DNA of 64,000 nucleotides from Bacteroidales bacterium (GTDB taxonomy: Bacteria > Bacteroidota > Bacteroidia > Bacteroidales > VadinHA17). The notes below the pieces were generated by a model. The model was not told the origin of the DNA. It did not search any database and worked only from the letters and a program-made list of their open reading frames with translations. The position numbers and the translations under genes are program-made. The stretch spans positions 1,006 to 65,005 of the forward strand of contig JADGPU010000003.1 in assembly GCA_017882305.1 (NCBI GenBank), given 5' to 3'. Positions 59,345 through 64,000 of the stretch are shown in pieces; position 1 is the first letter of the stretch, and every line of letters begins with the position of its first letter.

Positions 59345-60658
59345 ATGGCAAGACTGAATATCACATTACCTGCAATGGGAGAAGGAGTAATTGAAGCAAC
59401 AATTAATAAATGGCTTGTATCAGAAGGTTCACAGGTAAAGGAGGATGACCCACTCGTTGAGGTAGCAACTGATAAAGTAGATTCTGAAGTCCCTTCACCA
59501 GCAGCAGGTACTTTGGTTTCAATAATTGCCAAAGAAGGTTCAATTGCCAAAATTGGTGACCTGTTGGCCATCGTTGAAATTAATGCTACTCCGACCAAAG
59601 AAGATCTCAGGAAAGTTGATAAAGAAGTTGAAAGGATTCGTGAAACTATAACCTCTCTAAAACAGGAAAAAACTGAAATAGCAACTACATCGCATGATAT
59701 GAAAAGCCGGACACCTTCTGGAAAATTCATATCACCGCTTGTAAGGAGTATTGCCGCACGCGAAGGGATAAGTTACTCTGATCTTGATAACACAAACGGA
59801 ACAGGAATGGATGGCAGGATAACGAAAGATGATATTTTAAAAATCCTTGAAGAGAAGAATGCTAAGGAATCCTTAATAACAGTAGAGGCTCCAGAGGCTA
59901 AGGACGCGGTAAAGGTCTCAAAGGAAGAGACAATATCTGTTTTGCGACCATCCGGAGATGAAATAATTCCGATGGACAGGGTCCGCAAAATAATAGCAGA
60001 ACATATGGTTTTGTCGAAAAGGACATCACCACATGTTACATCCTTTATTGATGCAGATGTAACGCGTCTTATGACATGGAGAAATGAAAATAAGGAAAAG
60101 TTTATGGCTGCTGAAGGTCAAAAACTTACTCTGACTCCGATTTTCATAGATGCTGTTGCGAAAGCTCTATATGAATTTCCTATGGTCAATATATCAGTTG
60201 ATGGTGACAATATCATCAAAAAGAAAAACATTAATATAGGAATGGCCACCGCACTTCCTGACGGCAATCTGATTGTACCTGTAATAAAAAATGCCAATGA
60301 GAAAAGCCTTACCGGTCTTGCCAAAGCTGTCAATGATCTTGCAGAAAGAGCCAGGATAAATAAATTAAAACCTGATGAAATTACAGGAGGCACTTTTACT
60401 ATCACAAATTTCGGGAGTTATAATAATCTTGCCGGGACACCTATTATTAACCAGCCACAGGCTGCTATTCTTGGAACAGGCGTTGTAAGAAAAACTCCGG
60501 TAGTTGTCGAAAGCCCTGAGGGTGATATGATAGCTATAAGGCAGATAATGATACTTTCCTTAAGTTATGACCACAGAGTAATTGATGGTGCACTCGCTGG
60601 AAAATTCCTTCATAAAGTGAAGCAGATTCTTGAAAATTATTCTCCGGATTTAGTTTAA
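59345..60658 (+). CDS. 2-oxoacid dehydrogenase E2 component (dihydrolipoamide acyltransferase)
   Basis: Lipoyl domain with VEVATDKVDSEVPSP, E3/E1-binding domain SPLVRSIAAREGI, catalytic LSYDHRVIDGA. Confidence 0.9.
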   Translation: MARLNITLPAMGEGVIEATINKWLVSEGSQVKEDDPLVEVATDKVDSEVPSPAAGTLVSIIAKEGSIAKIGDLLAIVEINATPTKEDLRKVDKEVERIRETITSLKQEKTEIATTSHDMKSRTPSGKFISPLVRSIAAREGISYSDLDNTNGTGMDGRITKDDILKILEEKNAKESLITVEAPEAKDAVKVSKEETISVLRPSGDEIIPMDRVRKIIAEHMVLSKRTSPHVTSFIDADVTRLMTWRNENKEKFMAAEGQKLTLTPIFIDAVAKALYEFPMVNISVDGDNIIKKKNINIGMATALPDGNLIVPVIKNANEKSLTGLAKAVNDLAERARINKLKPDEITGGTFTITNFGSYNNLAGTPIINQPQAAILGTGVVRKTPVVVESPEGDMIAIRQIMILSLSYDHRVIDGALAGKFLHKVKQILENYSPDLV

Positions 60659-60908
60659 TCTGCTGTTCAGACTCAGATATAAATTGTGATTTTCATCTGC
60701 TAATAGACTGATTTTGAAAAAAAAAGGAAAGATTTGGTAAAAAGGACTAATATAAATAGCCCTTTTCTCTAATATTTATCCTATATTAGTAGCCTTGAGT
60801 AGAGAAATAACGCATTGATTTCATCCATTCTGAAATTAGAAACTAAGGATTATAATTTTCAAAAATGTTTTATATGCCTACATTCCATTTAGATTTAATT
60901 GTATTACG

Positions 60909-63758
60909 ATGAAAAGGTTAGTTATCTTAACGTGGCTGCTGGCTACATTTATCAATTCTGATTTAATTTCTCAGTCGAAAGCAGAGATAAAAAACAATTT
61001 TTATGATGCTGAAAGCTGGATCTTGTTTGAAGCTTACCAGGATGCTCTGCCTTTATATCTGCAGCTATTAAAAAACTACCCGGATAATTCAAATTTCAAA
61101 TTCAGGATCGGCCAGTGTTACATAAATATCCCGGGAGAGAAAGCTAAAGCTATCAGTTACCTTGAGGATGCTGTTAAGAATATTAATCCAAATTACAAAG
61201 AGGGAAAATTCAATGAAACCGGTGCTCCCTATGACGCTCTTTACTATCTAGCAAACGCCTACCGGATCAATAACCAGATTGATAATGCTCTTAGGTCTTA
61301 CGAACTCTTCAGAAAAGACCTCAACTCTGAAGTATATGATACAACTGTTGTAAACCTCCAGATACAATCGTGCAGGAATGCCAAGGAACTTAGCAGGATG
61401 CCTCTTTACGTTAAAGAGAAAAACCTTGGGAATGTGATTAATAGCAAAAACAATGATTTTAACCCGGTTATATCCGATAAAGAGGATCTTCTTGTATTTT
61501 CGCGAAGTCAGCCATTTTATGATGCACTTTTTTATTCAACAAAAGTTAATGGGGCATGGACACAACCTATAAATATGAATGAGTTGTTGAAAGTCGACCG
61601 CGATCTTTTCCCAACTTCTATCTCGAAAGACGGGAAGGATCTCTACCTGTACAGTTCGGCTGATTACGATGGGATTATTTATACTTCCCGATTTGAAAAC
61701 GGAACCTGGTTACCTATTGTAAAGCTCAATGATAACATTAATACCAAATACTGGGAATCGCATGCAACTATCTCCCACGACAATAAAAAACTCTACTTCA
61801 CCAGTAATAGAAAAGGGACATTTGGTGGTCTTGATATATATGTTTCAAATCGTGACAGTACAGGCGACTGGGGGCCGGCAGTAAATCTTGGACCTGTTAT
61901 AAACACACCTTATAATGAAGAATCTCCATTTTTAAGTGAAGATGACAAAACCCTCTTTTTTAGCTCAAGGGGGCATTTTAACATGGGAGGCTATGATATT
62001 TTCTATTCAACACTGCTTGACAACGGCGAATGGTCCGTTCCCCTTAATGTCGGCTATCCGCTTAACTCAACCGACGATGATGTGTTCTTTAAGCCTCTTA
62101 ATCAAGGTTATGAAGGATATATAGCTAAAGAACTACCGAGTGGTTTTGGTAAACAGGATATATACCGGATCGAGATTTTTTCAGATAATCATCCCAGAAA
62201 ATTCTTTGTAAGAGGAATGGTAAAAGTAGCTGACCTCATCAGTAATATGAATGATAGCGTGAAGATAAGCGCTATGAATATAAAAAACCCAAACCAGACA
62301 ATAATTGTCTATTCGAATCCTAAAACAGGTGAATATGAGTTCCAGCTTCCCCAGGGGGATTACCAAATCACTTATGAAGGGAATGGAGGAGAAAAAGTTG
62401 TCAGAAAAGTTGAATTACCACTTTTAAACCCTTCCGACAGTTTTGTACTTCCCGGAACAGTACTGCCAAAAACAGACTTTGTTGCAGATTTAAATGTTGA
62501 AACCAATAAAAACATTTCCGTTACAAAAGGTGACTCAATCCTGTTTCCTATGAAGGTTGAACCAAAATCTTTCCTTACAATAGAACATTGGGTTGGAGAT
62601 TCATTAGTTTCAGTCGAACACTTTACAATGCTCGATTCAACTTTTAATTACAAAATGGCACCTGGTGTCGGAAAAAATAGAGTTGTCTTTAAACTGACCG
62701 ACAGGTTTAACAACACAACTCAAACTGAGGTTTTAATTTCAAGAGAAAAAAATATTACAAATCAGCCGGTAATCAGTCCTGAATATAAAAGAGTCATATC
62801 TCAAAAACAGATTGCTTCATTCTCAGCAATGTTGAAGAGCAGAGCTAAGGATAGCCTTCTTAAGGTCATTTCAGATGCAAATATTGAAAATAAGGAATTC
62901 GGGAAAGTAGATGATTATATTTCATATCTGAAAGAAGAAGCAGGCAAAAAGAGTATACATCCTGAAGAGGTGGATAAACTGGCTCTAAGAGTGGCTGTTA
63001 TGGATAATATACTTACACAGGCTGCAGTTGATTTATTGGCAAAATACACAGATGGAGACCTGAAAAAAATTCTTACAGATCTTGATATTTATGCACTTAA
63101 TCTGAAGACCTGGACTGATTTACAGGAATATATTAAAACTAAGACAGGCGGCAAAATTAGTCCTGAGGATCTTAACAGTATTGCTACAGCAATATTAGCG
63201 GAAACAGATCCGGCTATAGTATCATTGAGAAACAAAATTCTGGCATTCAGTGAAAACTCACCTGCAGGAGACCTGATTCGTCAATCTGTTTTAGCCGTCG
63301 ACCAGAACAATATTAAAACAAAAGAAAAATGGTTGCAGGCATTTTACGATGAAGCTATAAAGCATGGACTTACACCGAGTCAGATATCAGAAATGTTGGT
63401 GATTATTAGTTCATTACCGGGTACTAAAGTTGAACAATTCCTCAACGATCTGATTGGACATTCGGAAGAACCATTCACCTCTGCACTGAAATCAATTGAT
63501 CTGAAAAAAGAAGGAATCAAAACACCTGAGGATCTGATAATGTATCTCTTTAAGAATAAGGAAAAGTACCCTGAAGAAGCCGTTTCTAAGAGTATTGCTA
63601 ACCTTATATCTGCTAAAGACATCTCCGCCGATAATATTAAATCACATTTTGCTCCTGCCGGTAAAGGCTACCTGTGGATTTTATGGATTCTGCTTGGAGC
63701 CGGAATCTTAGGTTTATTCCTGATATTATGGAGGAAAAAAAGGAATCAGAAAAAATAG
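60909..63758 (+). CDS. TPR / PD40 beta-propeller / CRD-like protein with a long helical C-terminal region and a C-terminal membrane anchor (PorE-like architecture lacking OmpA)
   Basis: Signal peptide; TPR-like N-terminus (ALPLYLQLLKNYPDN, YYLANAYRINNQIDNAL). PD40-type repeats (DFNPVISDKEDLLVFS, ISKDGKDLYLYS, ISHDNKKLYFTSNRKGTFGGLDIYVS, PFLSEDDKTLFFSSRGHFNMGGYDIFYS). Ig/CRD-like block (YSNPKTGEYEFQLPQGDYQITYEG). About 330 aa of helical sequence, then GYLWILWILLGAGILGLFLILWRKKRNQKK. Confidence 0.7.
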   Translation: MKRLVILTWLLATFINSDLISQSKAEIKNNFYDAESWILFEAYQDALPLYLQLLKNYPDNSNFKFRIGQCYINIPGEKAKAISYLEDAVKNINPNYKEGKFNETGAPYDALYYLANAYRINNQIDNALRSYELFRKDLNSEVYDTTVVNLQIQSCRNAKELSRMPLYVKEKNLGNVINSKNNDFNPVISDKEDLLVFSRSQPFYDALFYSTKVNGAWTQPINMNELLKVDRDLFPTSISKDGKDLYLYSSADYDGIIYTSRFENGTWLPIVKLNDNINTKYWESHATISHDNKKLYFTSNRKGTFGGLDIYVSNRDSTGDWGPAVNLGPVINTPYNEESPFLSEDDKTLFFSSRGHFNMGGYDIFYSTLLDNGEWSVPLNVGYPLNSTDDDVFFKPLNQGYEGYIAKELPSGFGKQDIYRIEIFSDNHPRKFFVRGMVKVADLISNMNDSVKISAMNIKNPNQTIIVYSNPKTGEYEFQLPQGDYQITYEGNGGEKVVRKVELPLLNPSDSFVLPGTVLPKTDFVADLNVETNKNISVTKGDSILFPMKVEPKSFLTIEHWVGDSLVSVEHFTMLDSTFNYKMAPGVGKNRVVFKLTDRFNNTTQTEVLISREKNITNQPVISPEYKRVISQKQIASFSAMLKSRAKDSLLKVISDANIENKEFGKVDDYISYLKEEAGKKSIHPEEVDKLALRVAVMDNILTQAAVDLLAKYTDGDLKKILTDLDIYALNLKTWTDLQEYIKTKTGGKISPEDLNSIATAILAETDPAIVSLRNKILAFSENSPAGDLIRQSVLAVDQNNIKTKEKWLQAFYDEAIKHGLTPSQISEMLVIISSLPGTKVEQFLNDLIGHSEEPFTSALKSIDLKKEGIKTPEDLIMYLFKNKEKYPEEAVSKSIANLISAKDISADNIKSHFAPAGKGYLWILWILLGAGILGLFLILWRKKRNQKK

Positions 63759-63766
63759 AAATCATG

Positions 63767-63796
63767 GAATATGACCGGCATCTGCCGGTCATATTC
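63767..63796 (+). terminator. strong hairpin after the 949-aa gene (probable terminator)
   Basis: gaatatgaccggca (63767-63780) and tgccggtcatattc (63783-63796) are perfectly complementary over 14 nt (effective 12-bp stem with a 6-nt loop). It starts 9 nt after the stop. The following tract is A/T-rich but not a clean U run. Confidence 0.55.
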
Positions 63797-63866
63797 ATAA
63801 AATAATATATGATTAACAATTCTTTTGCTATTTTTTTAATAAATTTGTTTACCAAAATCTCTGTTT

Positions 63867-64000
63867 ATGAGCAAAAGAGCAGTGTGTCTGTTTTTTACAA
63901 TAGTTTTGATCATTCCTGTTTATGCGCAAGAGAATAAAGACCTTCAGGATTCATTCCTTGAAGCCGAATTTTTTCTGATGAATGAAGCTTATTCTGATGC
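63867..64000 (+). CDS. paralog of the preceding TPR/PD40 protein, N-terminal fragment (continues beyond the window)
   Basis: Hand translation gives MSKRAVCLFFTIVLIIPVYAQENKDLQDSFLEAEFFLMNEAYSDA. That is a signal peptide followed by a segment parallel to FYDAESWILFEAYQDA of the upstream protein. It is missing from the ORF track because it has no stop in the window. Confidence 0.6.
   Translation, partial: MSKRAVCLFFTIVLIIPVYAQENKDLQDSFLEAEFFLMNEAYSD

Noticed and set aside
9978-60405. Other antisense or overlapping ORFs in the track. Examples: 9978..10391+, 13442..13696+, 14298..14525+, 16166..16435+, 16502..16888+, 17887..18129-, 23100..23402+, 24133..24561+, 28297..28647-, 31289..31702-, 37136..37471-, 42688..43020-, 45146..45439+, 45612..45962+, 50204..50500-, 50825..51163-, 56017..56475+, 56785..57105-, 57239..57490-, 59332..59730-, 60118..60405-.
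   Set aside because: Each lies wholly or largely inside a longer ORF on the other strand or in another frame that has clear family motifs. Their translations are low-complexity, with no motifs.
1-64000. CRISPR arrays, rRNA genes, IS elements/transposases, prophage genes, toxin-antitoxin or known defence-system cassettes.
   Set aside because: I saw no regularly spaced direct repeats with unique spacers, no rRNA-like sequence and no transposase, integrase or phage-structural translations in the ORF set. The PIN-PhoH fusion is a widespread housekeeping-type family, not a stand-alone toxin-antitoxin pair.

Overview
AT-rich chromosomal segment, almost certainly from a member of the Bacteroidota. 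The assignment rests on gldJ plus the T9SS genes porP/sprF-like, porU and porV, and on TAnnTTTG-type -7 promoter boxes. Most of the window is ordinary housekeeping and envelope content: folC, PIN-PhoH, mtaB, an IMPase, a lipid A-type acyltransferase, a GT2, murF, ispF, hutU, nif3, two M23 peptidases, alaS, an acyl-CoA ligase, recR, an aminotransferase and a 2-oxoacid dehydrogenase E2.

Four things stand out.
1. A giant minus-strand ORF fills 1..9340 and is missing from the supplied ORF track because it has no stop inside the window. It is about 3113 codons long and open at the left edge. It encodes an Asn/Gly/Thr-rich repetitive surface protein built from roughly 630-970 aa super-modules.
2. 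An intact tRNA-Val(TAC) at 9822..9896 and a degraded 48-nt direct copy of its 3' part (42/48 identical) at 17233..17280 bracket a 7.3 kb block. The block contains only four two-component signalling genes and no integrase, so it looks like a relic tRNA-targeted island.
3. A 100-bp intergenic array of helically phased CTCTGTG/CACAGAG heptamers lies at 47011..47110.
4. A 949-aa TPR/PD40/CRD-like protein has a PorE-like architecture but a helical region and C-terminal membrane anchor where an OmpA domain would be expected. A paralog starts at the right window edge.

I found no CRISPR array, rRNA, transposase, integrase or recognisable defence system. All calls come from reading the sequence and the supplied translations. 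No database search, HMM search or folding computation was run.
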